This document shows positions 11,101 through 21,769 of a DNA stretch of 64,000 bases, piece by piece. Source of the stretch: Macrostomum lignano (Eukaryota); contig NIVC01000665.1 of assembly GCA_002269645.1 (NCBI GenBank), forward strand, positions 310,001 through 374,000. The letters are read 5' to 3'. The notes under the pieces are model-generated. The model made no database searches. It saw nothing but the letters and a program-made list of their open reading frames with translations, and was not told the origin of the DNA. The translations under genes were made by a program, and so were the position numbers. Position 1 is the stretch's first letter. The number at the start of each line of letters is the position of its first letter.

Positions 11101-14100
11101 GAGATGCTAAGGAGATCTGCGGAGGCGAGAGCGCGCTCAGCGTCTATCTGGTGCGGAGTCCGGGTGAGCGTCACGAGTGCGTTTGTGCAATCAAGGTGCA
11201 GCGCGCCAAATGAAAACGACCTTCCATCGATTAAAATCGTGTCACTCTTTTCAAGACATTTTAAGTTGGAGATTAAGTAGTCCTGCTAAGCTTTCCTGAA
11301 TCATTTCATATTCTGTATGTGCGTGGCATTTATCGCTCATTTGCTAAGGCTGAGCTGCAATTCGCCCTGTCGGCTGTGATGTTAGCTGTCACACCTGAGC
11401 ACCTTACAGCGGCGTATCTAGTCCTACAGAAGACACTTGCGCAATGCACCCTATGCACATGTGATAGTCAATTACAATACGAGCGTAGTTTTTCAATGCA
11501 TTCGATGCTCTGGCATGCGCAGGCATTGATTAACTTTATTATTTCGATTTCTCACCTGCAGACCCCAAGCCTCTGTTCATCCCGTTCAGCCCCGCATTAG
11601 ACAGCCTCAGTGTCGGGCCCTACTGCTTCTACAGGGCCGCTGGGGGCCGCCTGGCTGCCACCTACTGCAATGTGCCTTACTGCCGTGAGCACCGCTGTTT
11701 TTACCTGGGAATTTGTTAATTTTTCAGTCATTACAGTTACAACTTCTCAGTGTATAAAATTAGCAATACAATTACGAGCAATAAGTTTTCAGCAGTATTT
11801 TCAACAATTTTTGTAATCGACTCAACAATCCTTATATTAATAGCATTTCACACAACCGAGGATTGCTGCCCATTCCGCCGACTCCCCTGAGCAGGCAAAC
11901 AAGCGCGCGGCTACGTACGCAGTCATACGCACAGGCAAATACTAACAAAGGAGTGTAAATGGGCCCTAACTTTATTTATCGTTAGGCATGTAAACTTCCC
12001 TGAGCCTTGGGGTTGGTCATTAAGGGCGTTAATTGCACGAGCAGAGCCAAGCCGAGAATTCAATTTAGCCTCGTCGTAGTCGTAGTGTGACTGTACTTGG
12101 GACTTGCATTGTTTTTACTTCATGACTTGTTTTCCGCATTCCCACAGCCATTTCCTCATCTTTCGACTGTCTATCCAGCAGCAACGATGGCTCCATCAGC
12201 GATTCGCAGTACCTTCGCTACACCGGCCACAGGTCCAAGACCAAGACTCGCGACAACTGCCTCAACTGGTCGGATTTAGAAACCACATTTTTAGGCCAGT
12301 GGAATTCTTTCAAATTAAGTTTCAGATTGCTTTCCTACGATGTGAGAATGAGTAAGTTTTTATTGCAAGACGTGTTCAGAAAAAATAATTAGAGTGCCTA
12401 CTTGCAGTGCGCACTAGAAATGTATAAAGTGACTTTAGAAAAACTCTGCGCCACTGGAGGTTTTCTGCAAGAAACCACCGGGAAAAAACAACCTCGTCTA
12501 CAAAAACACAAAAACCAACAACCACCACAATCAGTGCTGGGCGCCGCCGAAGCAGGTCACTTGGGTCAGGTCAGCGTGACGGTTGAGTGCGGCGTTGGTG
12601 ACTCAATCGTCAACTTATTAGCGTTTCAAAGCTGAGATAATAACACTTTACAAGCGGTACACAGTTATGCACCCAGCGGGTCAGGAGTATTTCAATCTAT
12701 TTCAGTTACTCTCCAACTCAACTAAACTCAATGGACAGAAATTTTATTATACAGCAAAGCCACAAAAACTTTACAACTTTCGCAGTTGAAATAAAAAAAG
12801 TGTACGTTGAGACTCCGGACTACAGCTTGTACACGAACAAGACGGGAAACTTCTGCCGGGCTGCCAGAGTGGTTATTGATGCCTTCGTCTATAAGACCGG
12901 CAGATCTGATGGGTACTACTTTATGTAAGTATTGACGGGCGTTCTTGGAGTAGCGCGATTGTCAGTAGAGGTTCCCAATCCAGACTCAACTGTCGTTTTG
13001 AGCACACAGAATCCAGATATGAAGGTCTAAGATCTAAGATCTAGAACTCAAGGACTACTTAACAACTCAGGACGCTACACTCGCGAATGGTAGAAATTCT
13101 AGAAAAGGCCGCTTGCTTTAGCTGTGTCTATGGCAATGAAGCCTTTTCACTAACATTCTTTCATATTCTCAATGCTTGTTCAGACCAGCACTGCTGGTTT
13201 GTAGCAATAATTTGTTTCGTCTAAAATCTTGATAAATAGCAACACTCTTTTTCATCAAAATGCCAATGAAGTGCTGCATCCCTGGATGCAGAAGCAATTA
13301 TAAGAGCGGTGAAAAATGCACTGTTTTTGGCTTTCCAAAGGAAGAAGCTGAAGCTGAGGCATGGCTCCATGCGTTGCCTGTGCAAATTAAGGTAATTTAT
13401 GTAGCCTTTTGAACCTAATTTTTCGTTTCTACTATAAAGATACTTATATTAACTGAATTGTGATGATCATTCCATTCTATCTGTAGAAGGCTAGCATCTA
13501 CATGGGAATCTGCAAAAATCACTGGCCTGAAAATGCACCACTGAAACGAATTAACCGCCATACACGCCCCATCGACCACCCCTCAATCTTTAAAGATTTT
13601 TCATTGACTTCCCTGCGTCAGACTGTCTCAAGTAAGTATGAATGGTTGTGTACTTAGTTTACTTACTAAGTTGTATCAGCCTGTTTCAAATATTTTAGGA
13701 CGCTCTAGAGATGCTGGTCGGCGAGGCGTGCTGTTAGTCGACAGAGCTAGGGCCCCTGATGAATTGACTGCCTTCAATGCTCTCTTTACTACACTTTACT
13801 ACACTTTACTTTACTACATTTGTGGCTACGTTTCACACAAAGAAAATTTGCCTGACCGAGCAATTGCAACAAGTTTGCCTGGTCTGGATACTTCCACTGC
13901 TTGTAGTGAGTTCACCACGCTTGTATCTCGAGGGAAACTGAGCCATCCGCCTGAATGGTTAGTTGTCTTTGCCTGCTTCTGTTATGCCCACTCTATTGGT
14001 TCTGGGCAGCGTTGTGTTAACAGTTCCGTGCTTGTATTTGAGAAAATCTTCGAAATTTTTTTTGATGTTCAACTGGACCGAGATCTGCTGCGTGGAGTGT

Positions 14101-17100
14101 CTCGAAGACTGGCCAACTCCATCTATAAAGGCATGGTGCGCAGAGATTCCGAGACGTCCAGACAATCAACCACCGTTTGCTCTCGCCGACTCCGCAAACT
14201 GAAGCCTAGCTGAATGTTTCTTTCAAACACCTGTATATTTTCAAACTTTGTTATAGCCATCTGTTTTCCTTATACAGTTATGTACGGAGTTTTCCGGTTC
14301 GTTGCATATCGTACTTTTCAATTGTCATTTACAATTCTTATGCTGGGAATATTTGCATATATTTATTGTTTGTATAACTGTAAAAATAATTATTATAGCG
14401 CAAAACTTTTATAATTATCTATCACTTAGTACTTGCTTCTTTATCCAAAAGGCTTATTAAAAAACCATAGACACAGCTAAAGCAAGCGGCCTTTTCTAGA
14501 ATTTCTACCATTCGCGAGTGTAGCGTCCTGAGTTGTTAAGTAGTCCTTGCTAGAACTAAGATCTAGATCTAAGATCTGGTCTAAGATCTAGAACTAGAAA
14601 TTCGAACAGGAAGCAGAGCTCTGTCACCAGCAATTTTCTTTACAACATTTAAGGCCATTAAATTTTCTTTAAGTAAGACCTTGCCCGAGTAAGTCTAAAG
14701 AGACAAAATTGCGAATCTGCTTGCTTAGATTAGTTGAATTTTCCACACTCCATACCAATAATAATAATAAATTGAATCCGCGTTAATGGGCAGATGTGCA
14801 ACCAACAGCTCAGCCGCAGCTATTGCCGGCGAATCTGAAGGCTGCATGCGGCTGTTGAGTCCAAGGACTGGAGGGTCGCCACACACACCCTTAATTACCC
14901 CTGCTGTTGGCTACTATTTTACAGCTGGGTGAACTGAAGCAATGCAGAGTTAAATTTCCTGCTCAATGACACCAATTATTTCGAATCTGTAGAGAATCGA
15001 TCTCCCGACCGTTCAGTCGTGAAACCGACGCTTTAACCACTAGGCTAGGACGCCCCTATTACATTCAATACATTTCTTAATTTTATACCAATATTTAATA
15101 GCTTTACATGTCTTTTTTGCTTCATTGGATGCACGAGACTTCATTATTTTAAAAAATTGCGAAAGTCACAAGTTCCCCACACACCCAGCCGTCACCAGAT
15201 TGTCAAATCCGATACTCCTGTCTGCTTCGTCATGATCAACCAGAGAAGTGCGATCCTGGGCGCCTGCAGAGTGGACGCCTGCTGTGAGTGACTTTATTGA
15301 TTTAATTTGCTAGAAAGGCGGGATTCCATTCAAGGTTGATCGATACAAGTCTTTTCAAGCCAATTCAAGGTCGTTACAAGCCTTTAAATCTTCATGAATT
15401 TAGTGAGTATTCAGTAAGGCGCTGGGCACTGCCGCAAATCAAGGAGACAGCCAGAGTGAAGGCAAGCATTCATGACCGTACCCCGTGACCCCTGAGCACG
15501 CACACGCTCACACAGGGTGCACAGCAGCCCTGACTGTCTAATCGTCTCGCAGTATTAACAATCTGTTCCTTGGGGTTGGCTCACGGAATCAAATCTGGGT
15601 ACTCTGGCGCGAGAGTCAGACACGGTACTGAGCTACTGAACTACTGAGCCCCAAAGCTCATGGCTAGGTTCAAAGCCTTATTCAATTTCGTGATTGATTC
15701 GAACTGATCCTGAGACGCTGCCGCAACCAAAATCTCTTACGCCAGCCCGAGTGACGCAGAGCATCCCCGGCCTGGTGCGGGACCAGGTGGGCAACGCCCT
15801 GCTGGCCAGCCGGTTCGGCAGCAGCATCGGCATCGGCTTCACTGGCTGCTCTTTCGGCAACCAGGCCTGTACAATGGAGGACTTCACCACCCTGCTGCAC
15901 CCGGAGCTCGGACTGTGCCACCGGTTCAACCAGGAAAAGTTCGTCGGGCTCACCAAAGATCTCAAGGCCACGGAATCGTTGCTGTCTTTTAATTACTTCA
16001 CCGACTCTACAGACTCCAAGGGCCGGCGGCTGCCCGGTCTGAGCCGGATGGCCAAAGTGATTTTTCCCGGACTGGTCGACGCGAATGACGACACGCTGAG
16101 CGCCATGAAGGCAAGAACTTTGTCCCAAAACTTGCGGCAAACTTGCGTAAGCCGCTTAAATAGTACTGCCTGAATAGAGATATAAAAATATTGTAAGAGC
16201 CGAGAATTTAGAGTCAACTCACGAAGTATATTTGGCATGCACGATAACTGGGGAGCGATTATAATAGTCCGCGATAGAAAGGTTATAAAAGGACTCACCC
16301 AACTGGGGTGGTGGCATGCACAGAGTAAAGCGAGATGCAAGTGTTGTAACCCGGGTCGGTTTGGGTGCCCAGTCCCGAGTACAATATATATTATACGTAA
16401 GATACAGGCGTAGTGACGCTCTGTCTGTACTTTTATGGATACGAGCAGGCGTGCGACGCTCTGCGATAATAGTTCGATCCCTCTGGTGTTGTGACACTCA
16501 GAGTTCACGCTGCGGCTCGGGGTGTGGTGACACTCTCGAGTGCTTCTAGTCTCAATACTTTAGGTTGTACACACTATATAGAGTAGACGGTACAATACTA
16601 CAAAAAGCTATATGATCTCCCGGCGTTATGACGCTCTGGCAAGAACTCGGCCTAACAAGCTCCCAGAAAAGAACGAACTCAAGCAGCAGGCGGCTTACCA
16701 GTGGCCAAATCGCCGTTACGTTTATTGATTCGCTCGTGCAGGTTCTAACTTCCAAGATTCTTCTCAAGGCTCTTCTGTTTCTTTTCTCGTATTCAATAGC
16801 TAGAATTGCTGTTTAACGGTCTAGTCTCGCACTTGTACTCTCCGAGCACACCAATTCAAAACACAAAACAGCACGAACAGAACAAACAGAACAAACAGAG
16901 CAAACAGAGCAAACCGAGCGAAGGGCGTGAGCAAGGCCCAGAGCCGCATTAAATAATAATCAAACCCTGGGGCAGATGGCCCCACCGGCTAAGCCCAACC
17001 AAACAAGCTACCCCAACAAAATAGAGACTGACCGCGCCGGCCAGCCAATCAAAACCCCGCCTAGGGGGGAGGGGCCGCACCCGCGCCAAAGCTGGCCCGG

Positions 17101-18864
17101 CCGCAGCCAACCAGCCCTGAGCACGGGGCAGGGGCACGGCTGGGGAGGGGCAAGCGCAAAGCCCGGCCGGCGGCCAGACCCTGCCACGCCCGCCAACCCC
17201 CCCCCCCCAACCAGACCCAAAGTGCAACGCGCCCTGCCAACTGACAGAGCAGCCCCACCCCAACTCCACAAATCAAACGCAACCTCACAATATTAACGAA
17301 CTAGACTAGAAATGGTGGGCAGGGCGCTCATGACTCAGAAAATGGAGTATAGAGCGAGAAAAAACGTTTCCGCAATAGCAAGTAACTACAACAGGGGCTT
17401 ATGGTTTGTTCCAGACCAGTTACTTCCAATTGAAATGAATAATGGCAGCCCGAAACCCTCCAGGTGATTCTGGTTCCTAAGGGCCAGTTTCCCTGGCGAG
17501 AAAACGCCATCACCGCCAGCCCGGGCCAGCACCTGCAGCTGAACATTCGCTTCGACAAGCTGAACAGGTATTCGAAGCCTCCAACGCAGGAGTGCCGTCC
17601 GCCCGCGGGGCCCACAGTCTACCGGATTCCCTCGTGGCGCACCAGCTGGAACTACTCAAGTCCTGAGTTGTGAGCTTGAATTTTCTGTTTAGCATTGCAC
17701 AGCCTTTGAACTGACAAGCAGAGCAAAAACGTCTTGAATTAAAATCTCCAGAGATTCATTCAATATGACGACTACAATTTCCTCACTGAACTGGTCAGCA
17801 AAGCTCCAGACTTTACGAGACCGGCTGAGGACTGTAAATAGCAGCATGTAAGTTCCTCTCTTGCAGGGCATTGCTGCTCTCAGCTTTCGCTTTGCCCTTT
17901 TCTGCTTAAACTTATTCCATTGCGACTTGCAGCAGTCCGATGAGCGAAAACTTGACATTCGAGATGCAAGATCAGCGCGACTGCGTCAACCTGTATGCGG
18001 TGAAGAAGTTCATCGAACACTGCGGCTGTCTGCCCTCGTTTCTTCCTGTTCCGGTGCAGCTCTTCCAGAACTACACCTACTGCTTCAACCAGACAGACAT
18101 GGAGAGCATCAAGAGGATGGAGAAGTGTTACACAGAGCGAATGAGCTCAATATCGCGTTACGAAATGGAAGCCCGCCAGGTCTGCCTAACGATGTGCAAC
18201 ACTCACTTCTACACTTTCCGACCCATCACCTACCCGTGGCCCGGCCTGACCATCGAGACAGCGGTGGACTTCATGCAGAACAGCCAAGGGGACTGGTCCT
18301 ACCCCTACAACTTCCTGTTCTCCAAAGGCATCGCGAATCTGTTCTACCTGGACATCCGGAGTAGCGAAATGTACAACCGCTCAACGATGCTCTCGGCCTC
18401 TGAGCTGCTCGATTTTAGAAACAAGCTGGAAGTTTTGCAGGAGAGCCTGGTCAAGGTGTCAATCAAGCCGGTCAGCGACTTCGGACAGGAGATGACGGAA
18501 GAGCCTTCTTACACCATCAAGAATCTGCTGGCCGACCTTGGCGGTGAGCATTTCAAAGCTACCGTGTTATGCTGTCATTTGCAGTTCCGAACAATGGCTA
18601 ATATGTAAGCATTTTTTAGGCGCTCTCGGTCTCTGGTCCGGCATCTCAGTTCTCACCGCGTGTGAGCTGATTGAGCTGCTGGTCTACCTGGTGGCAGCGA
18701 CTCGACGTACAGAGCAGCCCGCCCAGCCGCCAGGGCCTGCGACTGGCAACGCTGAGCAGCAAGACAGCGGCGAGATGAAAGCTGACGACTCAGCCACTCA
18801 GGTTGAAATGACAGACAAAATGACAGACATTGCAGCACCTGAGGTCTCCATCTCGGTTCATTGA
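8123..18864 (+). CDS. DEG/ENaC paralog B with an extracellular Kringle(WSC)-Kringle insertion, about 1038 aa (1021 aa if 9800-9850 is an intron)
   Basis: Exons 8123-8609, 9711-10040, 10852-11163, 11562-11684, 12148-12351, 12786-12924, 15189-15283, 15746-16110, 17464-17669, 17933-18543 and 18620-18864 total 3117 nt and all phases join. N-terminal TTAHG (HG motif), TM1, FPDVYFC, palm GCSFGNQAC...GLCHRFN, thumb HCGCLP, and TM2 [26 protein letters not shown]. Confidence 0.9.
9711..10040 (+). other. Kringle 1, N-terminal half (gene B exon 2)
   Basis: CRITPGGEEYRGNLS...DCIGWNE...HRSCRQPPG matches kringle C1-x-G-x-x-YRG, C2-x-x-W and C3-R-N-P. Confidence 0.8.
10852..11163 (+). other. WSC domain (gene B exon 3, 312 nt, phase 1-1)
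   Basis: YVGCW...LCAECCYNAAYSYMSLLAGDTCYCGN...ACGVRCPGDAKEICGGESALSVY matches the WSC consensus (GC...CxxxC...CxCGN...CxxxCxGDxxxxCGG...xVY). Confidence 0.9.
11562..11684 (+). other. Kringle 1, C-terminal half (gene B exon 4)
   Basis: GPYCFYRAAGGRLAATYCNVPYC matches the kringle GPWCY...YCxIPxC motif (C4-C6). The exon is absent from the ORF track in this frame. Confidence 0.82.
11850..12100 (-). mobile_element. SINE family 1, partial copy
   Basis: Shares ctgcccattccgccgactcccctgagcagg...gttaggcatgta...gcacgagcagagccaagccgag with 7119-7464. Confidence 0.75.
13049..14549 (+). mobile_element. Internally deleted P-element-family (THAP9-like) DNA transposon in an intron of gene B
   Basis: Perfect TIRs of about 85 bp (CAAGGACTACTTAAC... 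/ ...GTTAAGTAGTCCTTG), an exact 8-bp TSD CTAGAACT (13041-13048 and 14550-14557), CA...TG termini, and internal THAP and P-transposase C-terminal motifs. Confidence 0.9.
13260..14213 (+). CDS. THAP domain fused to a P-element transposase C-terminal region (263 aa, no catalytic core)
   Basis: Exons 13260-13391, 13487-13631 and 13699-14213 total 792 nt and are in frame. MPMKCCIPGCRSNY...VFGFPK...WLHAL...ICKNHW...HPSIF is a THAP C2CH signature. LYYICGYVSHK and SRGKLSHPP resemble the P/THAP9 C-terminal YIxGY and RGGLxxPS motifs. Confidence 0.75.
14757..15056 (-). mobile_element. SINE family 2 copy
   Basis: Reverse-complement match to 5800-6108, with an (ATA)n tail. Confidence 0.75.
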
Positions 18865-19546
18865 GAGCACCTACCGAACAGCAGTGAATAACTAACGGAA
18901 CAGCAAATATTTGAGGTTACTTAACTTGAGATCTCGTGCTGATCAGGATTGCATCGTTTAAAATACAGACTTTTTAGAATGGTAAAAAATCGTCGAATTT
19001 ATATTTTTTGCTGATACAAGCTGATTCAAAAGCAACCTTCCTTTTATTTTTAATAGAGTTTGAATTATTGCCATAATATTATATGAGCGTACCTTTGTCT
19101 AGACCTGATACAGCTTTAATGATAAATGTCTATTTGTCCCATATCCTCAGTGTATTTCTTCCTAGCAAAACTACCCCAGTTGTGACTGCTTTTTCAGCTT
19201 GAATGCCGCAGAGAACCAACAAGTTTTTTCTTTGTTTTTAAATTGTATTTCTTGCTCTATTCGCGCTGTTGCAAGTTAGTTTACTAAATCATTGTATTTA
19301 CCATCGCCGTTGTGTAGCCCTTGCTGTCAGGATTTTGGTCTCTCTCCATCTCATCATGAGCTCCAGGTATTGCCTCGATATTATTTTCTTTTTCTCCACG
19401 TACTTTTCTGCAATACATAGTAACGTTACTTTAATATCAGACCAGATTTCATCATTGGTGGAACCTTTGGCATTGCGAGAAATGCTGACTAGATCGCAGA
19501 ACTCAAATAACGTCAAAGGTTGAGTTTCGAACACGGTTTTATTGCT

Positions 19547-20450
19547 TTAGCTAAATTTCGGAGCTTTCGTCCAGTGAGTGATTCCATCCGGTGAGTCGTT
19601 TCGTCCGGAGATAGGGCCAAGCGCGACCTCAGGGCGGCACTGGTTCGCGCTGCAGCGTTGCCGGAGATCCTGCACTGCACAATCGAATTGACTGCTCAAA
19701 CCATTTGCAGGTGGCATGGTGGTGTGCGCTTGGTGGGGAATGTTCAGGAAGTCCAGCCTCCTGCGTTGACGTGTGCAGCGTTTGAGCTCACTGTCACAGT
19801 ACAAAGTACATGTAGGTCTGCTGCTTACTTCCTGGTTGGAAAACCAACCAGTCTGACAGGGACGCATGGCAGTGCACGCCCACATCCGCTGCAGTTGTCT
19901 GAGGCTGTCGCAGCAGGGTCTGTTTTATTTCACCAATTGCTAATCAGAACACCAGGCTTTGACGTCTTGCAAACTCAGCTTAAATCCTGGCTCGGCAAGG
20001 TGGGCATCAGTGCGGCCGGGTACTCAGTGCACGGCTTGCAAAGAGCTTCGGATACTTGGGCAGCCCGGGCCGGCCTGAATGTCCACCAGTCGCCCGTCCA
20101 GCGCATGGGCAGCTGGCGCAGCGATGGGGTGAACTGCTGATACCTTTTTAAAGACGATGCGGCGTTTTTTGCAGCTCAAAAATTGGAAGCTTCGGTGCTG
20201 GCGCTGTTTCGAATAGTTATTTTTCTTTACTCAATTGCCAGAGACTCTTGCTATTTTTTTGCTCGCGGTTTTTGTCTTGGCTTTAGGAGGGAAATGTGCC
20301 CTTGTTTCTGTTTTTGCTAGTTCTTTGTTCTGTCCCCGTTCTGCTTTTTTTGCGGGTGGCTGTGGAGACTTATACGTCTTAATTTTTTGGAGACTTATAT
20401 ACGATAAAACAACAAAAACAAAAACAAAATACGCTGTCATAGGGTATTAA
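19547..20450 (+). mobile_element. Relic of a DIRS/Ngaro-type tyrosine-recombinase retroelement
   Basis: GYSVHGLQRASDTWAARAGL...VQRMGSWRSDGVNC* is a degenerate form of the YR C-terminal HSxRRGxAT...xGxWxSD motif. A stop sits next to the expected catalytic Tyr. Confidence 0.6.
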
Positions 20451-21361
20451 TTAAATCAATAGCAGCGTCACAGGCCGTGACCCAGTGCTAGAGCTCGAAC
20501 AAAGACCGCCCCAGCCGACCGAATCCTGGGTGTCTACAACATTAGCAGCAGCTCTTGCACTGGCCGAGGGTTGTACAACTGGTGTCGTGACGGTAATTCA
20601 CTGGATGTTGATCTTGAAGGCGGTGTGTCAGCTTGCTGTTCTCGGCGTTGTACATCAGGACGGTCTCGATCAGCGCCTGGAACAGCGCCGCTCTCTACTG
20701 GGAATCAAACAGCCGAGCTAGACATACTGCTGACAGAAGTTCCGTCGCCCTTATGTCAGCCAGACAGGATCAATTCAATGTCAATGTGAGCAACCCTGTG
20801 ACTGAAAGAGCAAGTCATTTTCTAGGAAAAAACTCAATTAGTAAATATGCTACAAAAAACGGATTTTCGCAGCACTTCATCATTTGAAGAGACCGTCGAT
20901 CAAGTAGTTAGTTCAAGTTTTTGAGTACCCTTAGTTCGATGCTGTGCTCAAACAATCTTTACTGACGTTCTCCGACACTATTGCAAGAAAAATCTCGAGT
21001 TGCAAGTTTTCATCAGAATGATTGATTATTCATTCAACATGAATTACTTTATGTTGATACGCAGTTTATACAGACTAATTCCACGGTCGGAGCACGAAGC
21101 CAGAGAGACGCGAACTTGGGGGAACGAGGCACGCAGACGAGCAAAAGAGCCCCAAAGACGTGGGACAATAAAACGATTTATTGAGTTAAACAAGCGATCG
21201 GAAATAAACTTATAGATAAGCGTGACGGAGGGGGCGCGACGGAGGGACAGAGAGTACGCACGGAGTACAAAGCGGCCAGAGCAGGGGGGAGAGCGCAAAG
21301 GAGCGGACCCCGTAAAGGCTCACGCTTACGGGCAATTACCACCGGACCACCAGTGGACCAC

Positions 21362-21600
21362 GGGAGCCCAGTGGTCTAGCGCGGAGCTCTGATGTGCCAG
21401 CGGCTCAGGCTCGATTCCAAGTGCAGTCACATTAATTTGGTGCTAAATTGGAATCTCGGCTTGGGACAACTCGTGCAATTAACGCCAACTGAGGCCCAAC
21501 CCCCAAGGCACAGTGAAGTGTACATGCCTAACGATTAATAAAGTTAGGGCCGCTGTACACTCCTGTGTGAGGGTGTGCCTGTGCTTATGACTGCGTACGA
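21362..21600 (+). mobile_element. SINE family 1, 3'-truncated copy
   Basis: agcccagtggtctagcgc...ggctcgattccaagtgcagtcac head and body match the other copies. Confidence 0.75.
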
Positions 21601-21769
21601 ATCGATGATCTATTAAAGATGCAGCCGGAGCTTGATACTGTCTCATTGCGACACAGCCTGCAGTAGTTGCCTGAATATCCATCACCAGTAGCTTCTGAGC
21701 CTCTATATGGTATACTTCGATCTTTATCTACTACCTATATCTCCATCTAGTACCTGTAGCTCATTCTAC

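Larger units (their letters stand above)
12148..15283 (+). other. Kringle 2 (gene B exons 5-7: 12148-12351, 12786-12924, 15189-15283)
   Basis: FDCL...YLRYTGHRSKTKTRDNCLNW / GNFCRA / PVCFV...GACRVDAC gives six Cys in kringle order. Splice phases 1-1-2-1 join correctly. Confidence 0.75.

Noticed and set aside
9711-11684. A separate Kremen-like gene nested in a channel intron
   Set aside because: There is no own start, signal peptide, CUB or TM segment. The exons join the channel exons in phase on the same strand in two paralogs, and the WSC is inside the kringle rather than after it.
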